From an uncultured Chloroflexia bacterium (GTDB lineage: Bacteria; Chloroflexota; Chloroflexia; Thermomicrobiales; UBA6265): a DNA stretch of 64,000 bases. The stretch spans positions 1 to 64,000 of the forward strand of contig CAVRUC010000009.1 of the NCBI GenBank assembly GCA_963724295.1, read 5' to 3'. Under the pieces are notes generated by a model that saw nothing but the letters and a program-made list of their open reading frames with translations, was not told where the DNA came from and searched no databases. The translations under genes and the position numbers were made by a program. Positions 21,108 through 30,873 of the stretch are shown here, piece after piece. Within the stretch, counting starts at the first letter, position 1, and each line of letters starts with the position of its first letter.

Positions 21108-22059
21108 CGCCGATCCCCGCTTCCAGGCGTGATTTCAGCACCGCCATGCCGGCAGCCACGTCGGCGTCGATGTCGGCCGTTTTCGGCACCTCGAATGGCT
21201 CACCGACGCTGAGCTCGTGCCCGCGTGGCCCACGCCGGGGAAACATCGGCACCACCAGCGCCCCGGTGTCCCGCGCGATGCGGATCGCGCCCGGCGGCAG
21301 GGTTGTCTCGCGACCAAAGAAGGTCATCGGCACCCCGTTCTGGAAAAAATCGTAGTCGACGACGAACCCGGCGATCTCTGCCCGGCGCAGTGCGCGGATG
21401 ACACGGCGCACGCCACCGGGAGTCGGCTCGACCATCGTCACCAGATGCGACTGGCGGAGGTGGGTCACGCCGTCGAACACGAAGCGAGAGGTGGTCCGCC
21501 CCGTGATGACGGTCATCGGCACCCCCTGCGCGGCAACGGCGTGCCCGAGTAGGTCGAACGCGCCCATGTGCGCGGTGGCGATGATGACCCCCTGCCCGCG
21601 CGCGTGGGCGTCGTGCAAGACGGCGAGATCCTTGACCGTGATCGGCACCAGCGCGGTCAGTTGCTCTGGCGAAAGATGTTTCAACCGGAGCAGTTCCCCA
21701 AAATTCCGTGCCGACATGCGAAAGATCCGCCGCGCCTTCGCCTCTAGCTCCGGCACGGGGGTCTCCGGTCCGAGCACCTGAGTGATGTTGGCGATGACGT
21801 TCGCCCGGTAGGCTGGCGTCAACCGGATCCAGATATCGCCGGCCCGGTCGGCGATACCGTCGCGCACCCGATCCGGGAGCCAGGCGACGATGCGCGAGAC
21901 GACCTCCGCGATGCCAATGGCAAGACGATAACGGAGCTGCCGCGGGCGCTCGCGCCGGTAGCGTTCGCTGGGGCGGCGCAGGAGGCGCTCTACTGGGGAG
22001 TCGATCGGCGTCGCCGGGTCTTCATGTTCACCCGTGGCCGTTATCGGCACAGCTGCCAC
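20896..22059 (-). CDS. Lysophospholipid/lipid A-type (PatA-like) acyltransferase
   Basis: AHMGAFD (HxxxxD), FFGRETTLPPG, PDQWVLFQRAW. Confidence 0.85.
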   Translation of the reverse strand: MAAVPITATGEHEDPATPIDSPVERLLRRPSERYRRERPRQLRYRLAIGIAEVVSRIVAWLPDRVRDGIADRAGDIWIRLTPAYRANVIANITQVLGPETPVPELEAKARRIFRMSARNFGELLRLKHLSPEQLTALVPITVKDLAVLHDAHARGQGVIIATAHMGAFDLLGHAVAAQGVPMTVITGRTTSRFVFDGVTHLRQSHLVTMVEPTPGGVRRVIRALRRAEIAGFVVDYDFFQNGVPMTFFGRETTLPPGAIRIARDTGALVVPMFPRRGPRGHELSVGEPFEVPKTADIDADVAAGMAVLKSRLEAGIGANPDQWVLFQRAWPLAPAPPVRVFPVGSPLESELLKRVDAVLPPPRDGRRSRREDAPTGRTDPPPLSRDR

Positions 22060-22066
22060 TGACTGA

Positions 22067-22756
22067 TCATCCTTCGGGGGTGCTGGCGCGACCGGGTACT
22101 GGCGCCACCAGCGGCTCGGCGATCGCCGTCTTGCCACCACGGCGCATGTAGGGGACCGCGTCGAACAGGACAGGCACCCCACGCACGAGGGTCAGCGCGA
22201 TCGCCAGCCAGACGTTCGCCCAGCCGAACCAGCGCACGACGTCCAGGCTGTAGACCTTGTCCAACCAGGTCCCTGCGGCCTGCGGTTGGATATAGCCGTA
22301 ATAGCCGGTGAGGAAGATAAACGCGGCCGCCTTGACGTAACCATACAGCCCGCGCATGAATCGCCCCGCCGTCAGCCAGCGGGTGAGCGCAGAGCGCATC
22401 ATCGTGTTGTCGCCGAACGCGGTCATGCCCTCCTCATACGACATGGAGCGCAGGGCGTCGACGATGCCGCCCCGGACGATGACCAGGAACGGCGCCCAGA
22501 GGGGGATCACCCGCTCCCAGGCGAAGTAGACCCACAGGACCGTCTCCACGATGCGGTCGCCCGCGATGTCGAAGACGGCGCCGAACGGCGACGTCGATCC
22601 CCGCTTCCGCGCCACCCAGCCATCGATGCCGTCACCGGCGAAGACGACTCCGAGCAGGATCATCGAGAGCAGCGCTAGATCGACCGGGCGGAAGTGAATC
22701 ATGGCGATGACGACGAAGAGCAGGATGAGCCGGGCAATGGTGATGAGGTTGGCCAT
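22067..22756 (-). CDS. CDP-alcohol phosphatidyltransferase
   Basis: MANLITIAR; DGIDGWVARKRGSTSPFGAVFDIAGD signature. Confidence 0.9.
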   Translation of the reverse strand: MANLITIARLILLFVVIAMIHFRPVDLALLSMILLGVVFAGDGIDGWVARKRGSTSPFGAVFDIAGDRIVETVLWVYFAWERVIPLWAPFLVIVRGGIVDALRSMSYEEGMTAFGDNTMMRSALTRWLTAGRFMRGLYGYVKAAAFIFLTGYYGYIQPQAAGTWLDKVYSLDVVRWFGWANVWLAIALTLVRGVPVLFDAVPYMRRGGKTAIAEPLVAPVPGRASTPEG

Positions 22757-22949
22757 ATTCGAGGTTGCCACTCCACGCGGCTCTTGGATCCGGCTCGCAT
22801 CGTCGCCGTCGCGCGGGGACGCGCGGATGCGACAGATTATCCCCGCGGGCGTGCTTCCGCTCAACCGGAGGAAGGTGACGGGGCGACGGGACGATTGGCT
22901 TTTGGCTTTTCTCGTCCTGACCGACTTACCGGCTTATCGTATTGCCGAC

Positions 22950-23870
22950 TCACTCACGAACGCCGAGGTCCTCAACGTCCTCGTCGGCGATCCAGGTGGC
23001 GGTGCGTGTGCGTTCCGAGCGCTGCCGCAGGAGCTCCGCTACGAGCAGGATCACGACCGACAGCGTAATCAGGATCGTCGAGACCGCCGCGATCGTGGGA
23101 TCGATCTCCTGGCGCAGGCTGTCCCACATCTTGCGCGGCAGCGTCACCGCGCCGGAGCCGCTGACGAAGAGGGCGACGATCAGCTCGTCGAACGAGACGA
23201 TGAAGGCGAACAACGCCCCGGCGAAGACCCCCGGCCGGATAATCGGCAGCGTGACTCTGCGAAACGTCTGCCACCGATTGGCGCCGAGATTCATGGCGGC
23301 GTACTCGAGTCGCTCGTCGAAGCCGTGCAGGGTGGCCGAGACGTTGGTGACCACGAAGGGGAGCGCCAGCGCCGTATGGGCCAGCGCCAGACCGAGCGGA
23401 TTACCGACCAGCCGCGCCTGGGCGTAGAAAAAGTAGACGCCGATGGCGACGATGATCCCCGGCACCACTAGCGGCGAGACCATGAACGAGTTGATGGCGT
23501 TGCGCCCGGGGAACCGTCCCCGCACGAGGGCCAGCGAGGCCGCGGTGCCAAGGATCGTGGCCAGCACCGCGGTGATGAGCGCGACGCGAATGCTGAGCAG
23601 CGTCGCCGGCACCCAGCCCGGTCGTGCGAAGTAATTCTCATACCACTGCAATGACCAGCCAGGTGGTGGGAACTGCAAGTACTTCGCCGAGCTGAATGAG
23701 ACCGGAGCAACGATGAAGACCGGGAAGACCAGGTACGCCAGCACGATGGCGACAACCACCCACAGCAGCACGCTGCCCCAGGAAGTCCTCGCCTGTGCCC
23801 GGTGCGCTTTTCTGCCGCCGGGCGCGGCGCCGGCCCGGGGGATAGCGGTTGGCGGCGTAGTGGTGGTCAT
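22950..23870 (-). CDS. PotC-like polyamine ABC permease
   Basis: SLQWY, PLVVPGII, LEYAAMNLGA, SFDEL, TLP. Confidence 0.9.
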   Translation of the reverse strand: MTTTTPPTAIPRAGAAPGGRKAHRAQARTSWGSVLLWVVVAIVLAYLVFPVFIVAPVSFSSAKYLQFPPPGWSLQWYENYFARPGWVPATLLSIRVALITAVLATILGTAASLALVRGRFPGRNAINSFMVSPLVVPGIIVAIGVYFFYAQARLVGNPLGLALAHTALALPFVVTNVSATLHGFDERLEYAAMNLGANRWQTFRRVTLPIIRPGVFAGALFAFIVSFDELIVALFVSGSGAVTLPRKMWDSLRQEIDPTIAAVSTILITLSVVILLVAELLRQRSERTRTATWIADEDVEDLGVRE

Positions 23871-24811
23871 GCGCGGGCCGATCCGAAGACCCGTTCCACC
23901 CCGAGCAAACGGGTGAAGAGCAGATAGATAGCGAGCGCCATGATCAGCAGCACCAGCGCCAAGGCCGCCCCAAATCCCCAGTTCAACTGAGTGACCTGCT
24001 GCTGAATGAGCATCGAGATCATGACGTCGCGCTGCCCGCCAAGGAGCGCCGGGGTGATGTAAAAGCCAAGGGCCAGGATGAAGACCAGCAGGCACCCCGC
24101 GGCCACCCCCGGCAGGCTGAGTGGTAGAAAGATTCGCAAGAACACGGCCGACGGCGCGGCGCCCAGATTGCCTGCGGCCCGCAGCAAGTTGCGGTCGATC
24201 CCGCGCATCACCGCGTACAGGGGCAAGATCATGAATGGCAGCAGGATATGAATCATTCCGGTGTAGACGGCGATCCGGGTGTTGAGCAGCTGTATCGGCT
24301 CGCTGCGGATTCCGCTGGCGATCAACGCCTCGTTGATGATCCCCTCTTGCCCCAGGAGCACCATCCAGGCATAGGAGCGAACCAGGATGCTCGTCCAGAA
24401 TGGGATCAGGACCAGAATCATCAGCAGATTTGCCCTGGAGGCGGAGACCGAGGAGAGCGCGTAGGCGACCGGGTAGCCAAGCAGCAGCGTGAAGACGGTC
24501 ACGACCACCGCGATTTGCAAGGTGATCCCGAAGACCCGGATAAAGGCATTCATCGGCAACGAAACGCCAAGCAGGTCCAGAGTGCTGCGTGCCTGAACCA
24601 GTGGCTCGAAGTTCTGCCAGCCCCAGGTCGGTTCGCTGAACGAGCGCGTCAGCATCGCGGCGACGGGATAGCCGTAAAAGGCGATCAGAAAGACGACCGC
24701 CGGGGCCAGCAGCAGGAGATAGCGTATTTGCTCCTGACGCCGCAGACGCGCGAAGCGGGCGCTTTGCGCCTCGCGAGGTGTGCTCTCTATCTCGGTCGTC
24801 AGTGTGGCCAT
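23867..24811 (-). CDS. PotB-like polyamine ABC permease
   Basis: LGYPVAY, PFWTSILVRSYAW, PFMILPLY, YITPALLGG. Confidence 0.92.
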   Translation of the reverse strand: MATLTTEIESTPREAQSARFARLRRQEQIRYLLLLAPAVVFLIAFYGYPVAAMLTRSFSEPTWGWQNFEPLVQARSTLDLLGVSLPMNAFIRVFGITLQIAVVVTVFTLLLGYPVAYALSSVSASRANLLMILVLIPFWTSILVRSYAWMVLLGQEGIINEALIASGIRSEPIQLLNTRIAVYTGMIHILLPFMILPLYAVMRGIDRNLLRAAGNLGAAPSAVFLRIFLPLSLPGVAAGCLLVFILALGFYITPALLGGQRDVMISMLIQQQVTQLNWGFGAALALVLLIMALAIYLLFTRLLGVERVFGSARA

Positions 24812-24849
24812 GCACTCATCCCTGATCCACGAGCGTTGTCATCACCCGG

Positions 24850-25977
24850 TCAGACGATGCGGCAGTCCGCGACATTCCAGCAGACACGGATCGAGTCGCC
24901 GCGAGCGAAGCTCTGCACGCCGCTACGATTCTGCACCTTGAGTACGAGCCGCTGCCCTCCTGGAAGCACCACGGCGTAGCGTCGCATCTCACCGACGAAG
25001 ACGACGTCGTCGACGGTGCCGGTGACGGCGTTCATGTCCGGCGCCAGACCGTTGTCATCGGCGACGATCTTCTCCGGCCGGACCGTCAGGGCGACCGGCG
25101 TGCCGGCCGCGAGGCCCGCCCGCGGCGGTGCGCGCAGCTCGCCAAGACCAGGAGCCTCGATGCAGATGGCAGACCCGTCCAGGTGGTGCACGACGCCGTC
25201 GATGAAGTTCGATTCCCCGATGAATGTCGCCACGAAGCGGGTCGACGGCTCATCGTAGAGCTCGGTTGGCAACCCGCACTGCTCGATGTGTCCGTCGTTC
25301 ATCACCGCGATGCGGTCGGACATCACCAGCGCTTCTTCCTGGTCGTGGGTCACGTAGATGATGGTCACGCCAAGCTGCTCGTGCAGCGCCTTGATCTCGA
25401 GCTGCAAGTGCTCCCGGAGTTGTTTGTCGAGGGCGCCCAGCGGCTCGTCCATCAACAACACGCGCGGGTTGAAGACGAGCGCTCGCGCCACCGCGACCCG
25501 CTGCTGCTGCCCGCCCGAGATCTGGCGCGGATAGCGTCCCTCGTACCCCGGGAGCCCAACGAGCTCCAGGACCGCGGTCGTCTGGCGGGTGATCTCGGAG
25601 CGGCTCATCTTCCGCATTTGCAGCGGGAAGGCGATATTCTCGCCGACGGTCATGTGCGGGAAGAGCGCGTAGTTCTGGAAAACCATGCCGATATTGCGGC
25701 GATAGGGCGGCACCGCGGCGATCGGGTCCTCGTCGACGTAGATCTCGCCGGCGGTCGGAATCTCAAAACCGGCGAGCATCATCAGCGTCGTGGTCTTGCC
25801 CGAGCCGGAAGGACCCAGCAGAGTCACGAACTCGCCGGGCGCGATGTCGAGTGAGACCCCGTCAACCGCGACGACCGATCCGTACCGCTTCTCGATCTGG
25901 TCGAAGATGACGCGCGCGCCAAGTTCCCCGATCGACTCGCCCGTCGTCCGTGTTGTCCCGTTCACTGTATGAGTCAT
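24850..25977 (-). CDS. PotA-like polyamine ABC ATPase
   Basis: [41 protein letters not shown]-like C-terminus. Confidence 0.92.
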   Translation of the reverse strand: MTHTVNGTTRTTGESIGELGARVIFDQIEKRYGSVVAVDGVSLDIAPGEFVTLLGPSGSGKTTTLMMLAGFEIPTAGEIYVDEDPIAAVPPYRRNIGMVFQNYALFPHMTVGENIAFPLQMRKMSRSEITRQTTAVLELVGLPGYEGRYPRQISGGQQQRVAVARALVFNPRVLLMDEPLGALDKQLREHLQLEIKALHEQLGVTIIYVTHDQEEALVMSDRIAVMNDGHIEQCGLPTELYDEPSTRFVATFIGESNFIDGVVHHLDGSAICIEAPGLGELRAPPRAGLAAGTPVALTVRPEKIVADDNGLAPDMNAVTGTVDDVVFVGEMRRYAVVLPGGQRLVLKVQNRSGVQSFARGDSIRVCWNVADCRIV

Positions 25978-26041
25978 GCCGGCATCCCGCCGCGCGAGCG
26001 CGAGCGGCCGCACAGGCCGCTCGCGCCAGTCATGAACGAGG

Positions 26042-27250
26042 CTATTCGAGGATGAACTCGTTCCAGCGCTCGGTGACCGCATCGCTGTTGTCGATCCACC
26101 ACTGGATGTCGCGGATGAACATCTTCTCCAGATAGGCAGGCGCGGTGGGAAGACTCTCGAGCTGCTCGGGAGTCATCAGCTCGACGGAGGCATTGTTCAC
26201 CGAGCCGTACGGGATCAGGTAGCTCAAGCGCGCCTGGGAGACCGGCAGGGTGATGAAGGCGGCAAACTTCTGCGCGTTTTCGGCATTGGCCGCGCCCTTC
26301 GGAATCGCCCAGACATCGGTCGCCAGTTCAGCCTCATTCCACTGCACGGTGACTGGCGCACCCTCCTGGATGATGGCGTGCATGCGCCCATTCCAGGAGT
26401 GTGCCATCACGACCTCGTTGTCGGTCAGCATCTGCGCCGGCTGCGCGCCCGCCTCCCAGAACTTGGGAACATTCGGCTTGAGCAGAGAAAACATCTCGTA
26501 GCCGCGGTCGATGTCGATCGGGTAGACCTCGTCCTTTGACACGCCATCGGCGATGAGGCCGAACCCGAGGTAGGGCGACACGCCGCCAGTGCCCCCGGCG
26601 GTTGTGCGGGGTCCCGGGAACGCGTCCTGGTTCCAGAAGTCTGCCTGGCCCTGGGGGCCTTCGGGGAAGACGTCATTGCGGTAGCCGATCACCGTTGCGT
26701 ACGGAAGCATGTCAACCGAGTACTTATAGCGCCGGCCTTCATCGATGTTCTCGACGTCGAAGAGGGAGTAGTCGATCTCCTCCCAGTAGTCCCCTTGGTT
26801 CTCTAAACGGATGATGTCGGACCGGTCCATCTGGACGACATCCTGCTCGACATTTCCGGTGTCGACCATCGCCTTGATCTTGGACGGATCGGGCCCCTCC
26901 GACTCGATGACCGTAATCCCGCTCAGCTCCTGGAAGGGCAGGAAGTACGCCTCGCGCTGAGCATCCTGGAACGCGCCGCCCCACGATTGCACGCGGACCT
27001 CGCCCGAGCCCTTCAGGTTCTCTGGGATGCCGTCGTACTCTGGCAGCGGTGGCGTCTCCTCCTGCGCGCTGGTGTGGAGCGGGATTCCGGCCTTGAAGAG
27101 GATGCTGGCCGCGGACGCGCCCGCCACGAGGGTGCCGCCGCGCCGCAGCAGTTGGCGACGACTCATCAACTCGAGGTCACGCATCATCTCGCGCCGCCGG
27201 GCACGACTCGCGGCCTGCATCTGGACGATGGGATCCCAGGGATTCCGCAT
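26042..27250 (-). CDS. PotD/PotF-like substrate-binding protein with Tat signal
   Basis: SRRQLL twin-arginine motif; SWGG..QDAQ, WNGR, WAIPKGA, ERWNEF. Confidence 0.88.
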   Translation of the reverse strand: MRNPWDPIVQMQAASRARRREMMRDLELMSRRQLLRRGGTLVAGASAASILFKAGIPLHTSAQEETPPLPEYDGIPENLKGSGEVRVQSWGGAFQDAQREAYFLPFQELSGITVIESEGPDPSKIKAMVDTGNVEQDVVQMDRSDIIRLENQGDYWEEIDYSLFDVENIDEGRRYKYSVDMLPYATVIGYRNDVFPEGPQGQADFWNQDAFPGPRTTAGGTGGVSPYLGFGLIADGVSKDEVYPIDIDRGYEMFSLLKPNVPKFWEAGAQPAQMLTDNEVVMAHSWNGRMHAIIQEGAPVTVQWNEAELATDVWAIPKGAANAENAQKFAAFITLPVSQARLSYLIPYGSVNNASVELMTPEQLESLPTAPAYLEKMFIRDIQWWIDNSDAVTERWNEFILE

Positions 27251-27454
27251 GGCAGCCTCCAAACCGTCGAACGCCCGCGATCCGGGCAATGCCTAGAAGG
27301 GCAACGTCCCCGCTGCTCCCCCGCCTGACGCGTCAGCGGGTGTTCCGAGTCATCGACGAACCGGTCGCGCGCGGCCCACCTGCGTCATCGTCCATTGGGA
27401 GTCTCCCGTCAGTGTAGATCGGTCGCGTCAGGCTGTCGATAGGCGCCGCCACTC

Positions 27455-27575
27455 GGGAGTCGGCAAGTCGGGAGTCGGGAAGTCGGTAAGTGTGCGGTGC
27501 GTGTGGCGTGGGCCGGTCCGGCAAGTTGCTGAGTTCACGGTCGTCCTTACCGACTGTCCGACTTACCGACTAGGT
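27455..27575. repeat. CCGACT 8-mer tandem/inverted repeat in divergent intergenic region
   Basis: agtcggca agtcggg agtcggga agtcggta ... ccgactgt ccgactta ccgact. Confidence 0.8.
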
Positions 27576-27638
27576 CATCGGTTAGAATCGCAACCCGGTC
27601 TAAACCATGTTGCGCCTGGCGCGAAAGGACTATTGAGA

Positions 27639-29252
27639 ATGTCGAGCCTCTATGAGGCGAAGCAGTTTGCGCACGACTGGGTCGACCAGAACCGACAGCG
27701 GCTCTCCGAGTTCGATCTCGAGATCTGGCGATACGCTGAGCCGGCGTGGCGCGAATACCGCTCCGCCAGGGCCTACGTCGACCTGTTGCGCCAGGAAGGT
27801 TTCGAGGTCGAAGAAGGGAGCGGCGAGATGCCGACCGCCTTCCTCGCCACCTGGGGCACGCGCGGCCCGGTGATTGGATCCTACGCCGAATATGACGCCG
27901 TTCCCGGCAACTCGCAGCAGGCGGTGCCCTACCAGGCGCCGCGCGAGGGTCTGCACCCGTACGCGGCCGGGCACACCGACCCCCATTCCATGCTCGGGGT
28001 CGGCGCGTTGGCCGGGTTCCTGGCCGCCAGGGCGGCAATGGAGAAGCACGGCATCGATGGCCGGCTCCGCTTCTTCGGGGAGCCCGCGGAAAAAGTCTGC
28101 GGATCGAAGCCGGTCCACGCCGCCAAGGGCTATTACGACGACGCCGACGCGTTCATCTCCTACCACCCGATGAACGCCAATACGACGGTCTGGGAAACGC
28201 ACTGCGGGTCCTACTGGAGCGCGGTCTTCACCTTCGAGTGCGCCGAGCCGGAGCGGTGGTTGGGCAAGGGGCTGTCGCCGAAGGCGCACGACGACAGCGC
28301 GGCCAATCCCCACAGCGTGGCGCGCACGCCCGGCGCCATCGACGCCCTCTGCCTGATGTATACCCTGACCAAATACACCAAGGAGGCCATGTTCCCGCAC
28401 ACGGGGACATGGACCCTGAACGAGTTCATCCTGGCCGCCGGCGACGCGACCTCCGACAACCTGCCGCCGCGCTGGAGCCAGATTCAGTATTCCTGGCGCG
28501 CGCCGACCCTGGAGATCCAGCAGCAGATCTATCAAGTGCTGGAGAACAACGCCAGGCAGGCCGCGGGAGCGACCGGGTGCCGCGCCCACGTGCAGTGGGT
28601 GACGAAGACGCGGCCCGGGCTGGCGAACAACGCGCTGGCCGATCTCACCTACCGCAATATGGAGCTGGTCGGCGCGCCCACCTACACCGAGGAGGCCAAA
28701 GAGTTCGGCCGCGAGATCCAGCGCACGCTCGGGCTGGACCCGATGGCCGATCCCTTCCCCGAGGCTTTCGAGCAGCTGATCTCGCCGCAGGAGTACGAGG
28801 CGGCGACCCGCAAGCTGCTGCCGGAATGGCAGAAGAACTTCACGTCCGACGATTACACCGACTACACCTGGCACGCGCCGACGGTGCGCGTCTTCACCGG
28901 TCGCCCGGTGCTGCGCACCCCGTACCGGGGCTTCGAGTATCCGGCCTGGGCCTACAACGCCATGGGCGGGCGGGCGGAGATCGTCGATCCGGGGATGTTC
29001 CTGGCCGGGAAGACGATCGCCGGCACCGTGCTCGATCTGCTGACAGTCGAGGGCGAGCTGGAGAAGGCCAGGGCCGAATTCAACGAGCGCACCGGCGGTG
29101 GCGTCGGCGGCGAGCGATGGATGGCGCCGCTCCTGCCAGGCGATTTTCAGCCGCCGGTCGATCTGCGCTGGCCGGAATACGTGACGACCGAGCGCGGCGA
29201 GGAATGGTGGATTCCCACGCCGGCGCCGGGCGCCAGCGAGCGCATCGTCTAA
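27639..29252 (+). CDS. M20 family amidohydrolase (AbgB-like)
   Basis: EMPTAF, AEYDAVPG, GHTDPHSMLG, GEPAEK, SYHP, SDDYTD..WHAPT. Confidence 0.85.
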   Translation: MSSLYEAKQFAHDWVDQNRQRLSEFDLEIWRYAEPAWREYRSARAYVDLLRQEGFEVEEGSGEMPTAFLATWGTRGPVIGSYAEYDAVPGNSQQAVPYQAPREGLHPYAAGHTDPHSMLGVGALAGFLAARAAMEKHGIDGRLRFFGEPAEKVCGSKPVHAAKGYYDDADAFISYHPMNANTTVWETHCGSYWSAVFTFECAEPERWLGKGLSPKAHDDSAANPHSVARTPGAIDALCLMYTLTKYTKEAMFPHTGTWTLNEFILAAGDATSDNLPPRWSQIQYSWRAPTLEIQQQIYQVLENNARQAAGATGCRAHVQWVTKTRPGLANNALADLTYRNMELVGAPTYTEEAKEFGREIQRTLGLDPMADPFPEAFEQLISPQEYEAATRKLLPEWQKNFTSDDYTDYTWHAPTVRVFTGRPVLRTPYRGFEYPAWAYNAMGGRAEIVDPGMFLAGKTIAGTVLDLLTVEGELEKARAEFNERTGGGVGGERWMAPLLPGDFQPPVDLRWPEYVTTERGEEWWIPTPAPGASERIV

Positions 29253-29288
29253 CTGGGAGTCAGCAGCGTAGGCGTCGGGCTGCCAATC

Positions 29289-29430
29289 GTAGGGGTGACG
29301 CCTGCGTCGCCCGAATGTCCTTGACTGAAGCGCTCATTGGCGGGAACAGGTACCTATTGAACATACAATCCATACCCAACCGTCGACATCGTCGCAGCGC
29401 GGACGACGCGCTTGCAAGCGTCGCCCCTAC
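29289..29430. repeat. GTAG-type REP pair (REPIN-like)
   Basis: gtaggggtgacgcctgcgtcgccc and inverted gacgacgcgcttgcaagcgtcgcccctac, each internally palindromic. Confidence 0.75.
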
Positions 29431-29462
29431 TGACGCTGTCGGGGCGTGACCAAAAGGATGGC

Positions 29463-30852
29463 GTGAAAGACTACAGCAGCTACTCATTCTGGCTGGAGAC
29501 GAGCGGCGATGACCTGACACCCCGGCCGCGACTCGACGGGTCAGTCGACGTCGACGTCGCGGTCATGGGCGCCGGGTACACCGGACTCTGGACGGCCTAC
29601 TACCTGCTGCGCCGCGATCCGTCGCTGCGGGTCGCGATCGTCGAGCGCGAGATTGCCGGCTTCGGTGCATCGGGGCGCAACGGCGGGTGGTGCTCTCCCG
29701 GCTTCCCGGTCTCGGTCGGATTGCTGCGCGAGCGGTTCGGGACCGACACCACGCGCGCGGTCTCCAGCGCGATGGTCGACACGGTCGACGAGATCGAGCG
29801 GGTGATCGCCGAGGAAGGAATCGACGCCCAGTGGGCGCGCGGCGGTGCGCTGCGCCTGGCACGTGGTGAACACCAGCGAGCGAGCATCGAGGGCGCCTAC
29901 CAGACTCTCGACGCGCTCGGGCTCGCCGATCGCTGCAAGTACGAGCTGCTGGACGCCACCCAGATCGCCGGCCGCATCCGGGTCGCCGGCGCGGTCGCGG
30001 CCCTCTTCAGCCCCGTTGCCGCCAGCGTGCACCCCGCGCGGCTGGCGTGTGGACTGGCACGGGCGGTGGAGCGCCACGGCGGCACGATCTACGAGCAGAC
30101 CCCGGTCGTCGATTACGAAACTGGAGCGGCGCCGCGCTTGATCACCCCGTACGGCGACGTTCGCGCCCGCACCATCGTGCTCGCCGGCGAGGCCTACGCC
30201 CAGCAATTGCCGAAGCTGCGGCGTACGCTCGTCCCCATGTACTCGCTCATCGTCCTGACTGAACCCCTTGCGGAGAGCGTTTGGGACCAGATCGGCTGGC
30301 GCAATCGAGAGCTCGTCGCCTCGTCCCGCATGTCCGTCGACTACCTCAATCGCACGGCGGACGGACGGATCCTCTTCGGCGGGCGCGGCGCGCCGTATCG
30401 CATGCACTCGCTTGTCGACGACAGTCTGGATCGGCACGGACCGACCCATGACATGCTGCGCCGGATGACGGTCGAGTGGTTTCCCATGCTCAAAAACGTG
30501 CGATTCACGCACGCCTGGGGTGGGCCGCTGGGGATGCCGCGCGACTGGATGCCGACGACGTCGTACGATGCGGCCGCGGGCGATCGCCCGCGCTGGGGGC
30601 TACACCGGCCAGGGGGTCTCCACGGCGAACCTCTTCGGACGGATCCTGACGGACCTGATCTCCGGTGCGGTGACGCCGTTGACGCAGCTGCCGACGGTCA
30701 ATCACCGCTCGCCTCGCTGGGAGCCGGAGCCGTTGCGCTGGCTCGGCATCCGCTACGCGCAGGAAGGGTTTGCTCGCCTCGACCGGGATGCCGAGCGAAC
30801 GGGCAAGGCGCCCACCGGACGCACATTGGTGGAGCGCATTGGCCGCCACTGA
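29463..30852 (+). CDS. FAD-dependent oxidoreductase (PuuB/DadA family), frameshift near 30580
   Basis: GAGYTGLWTAY, GFGASGRNGG, HPARL, TADGRILFGG, HAWGGP; second frame GGYTGQGV...WEPEPLRWLG. Confidence 0.87.
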
Positions 30853-30873
30853 GCCCGGCGAGGAGTCCGCGCT

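Noticed and set aside
23871..24815. 621-aa fused permease ORF
   Set aside because: The extension is an alternative frame over potB; the potC-like gene starts at 23870
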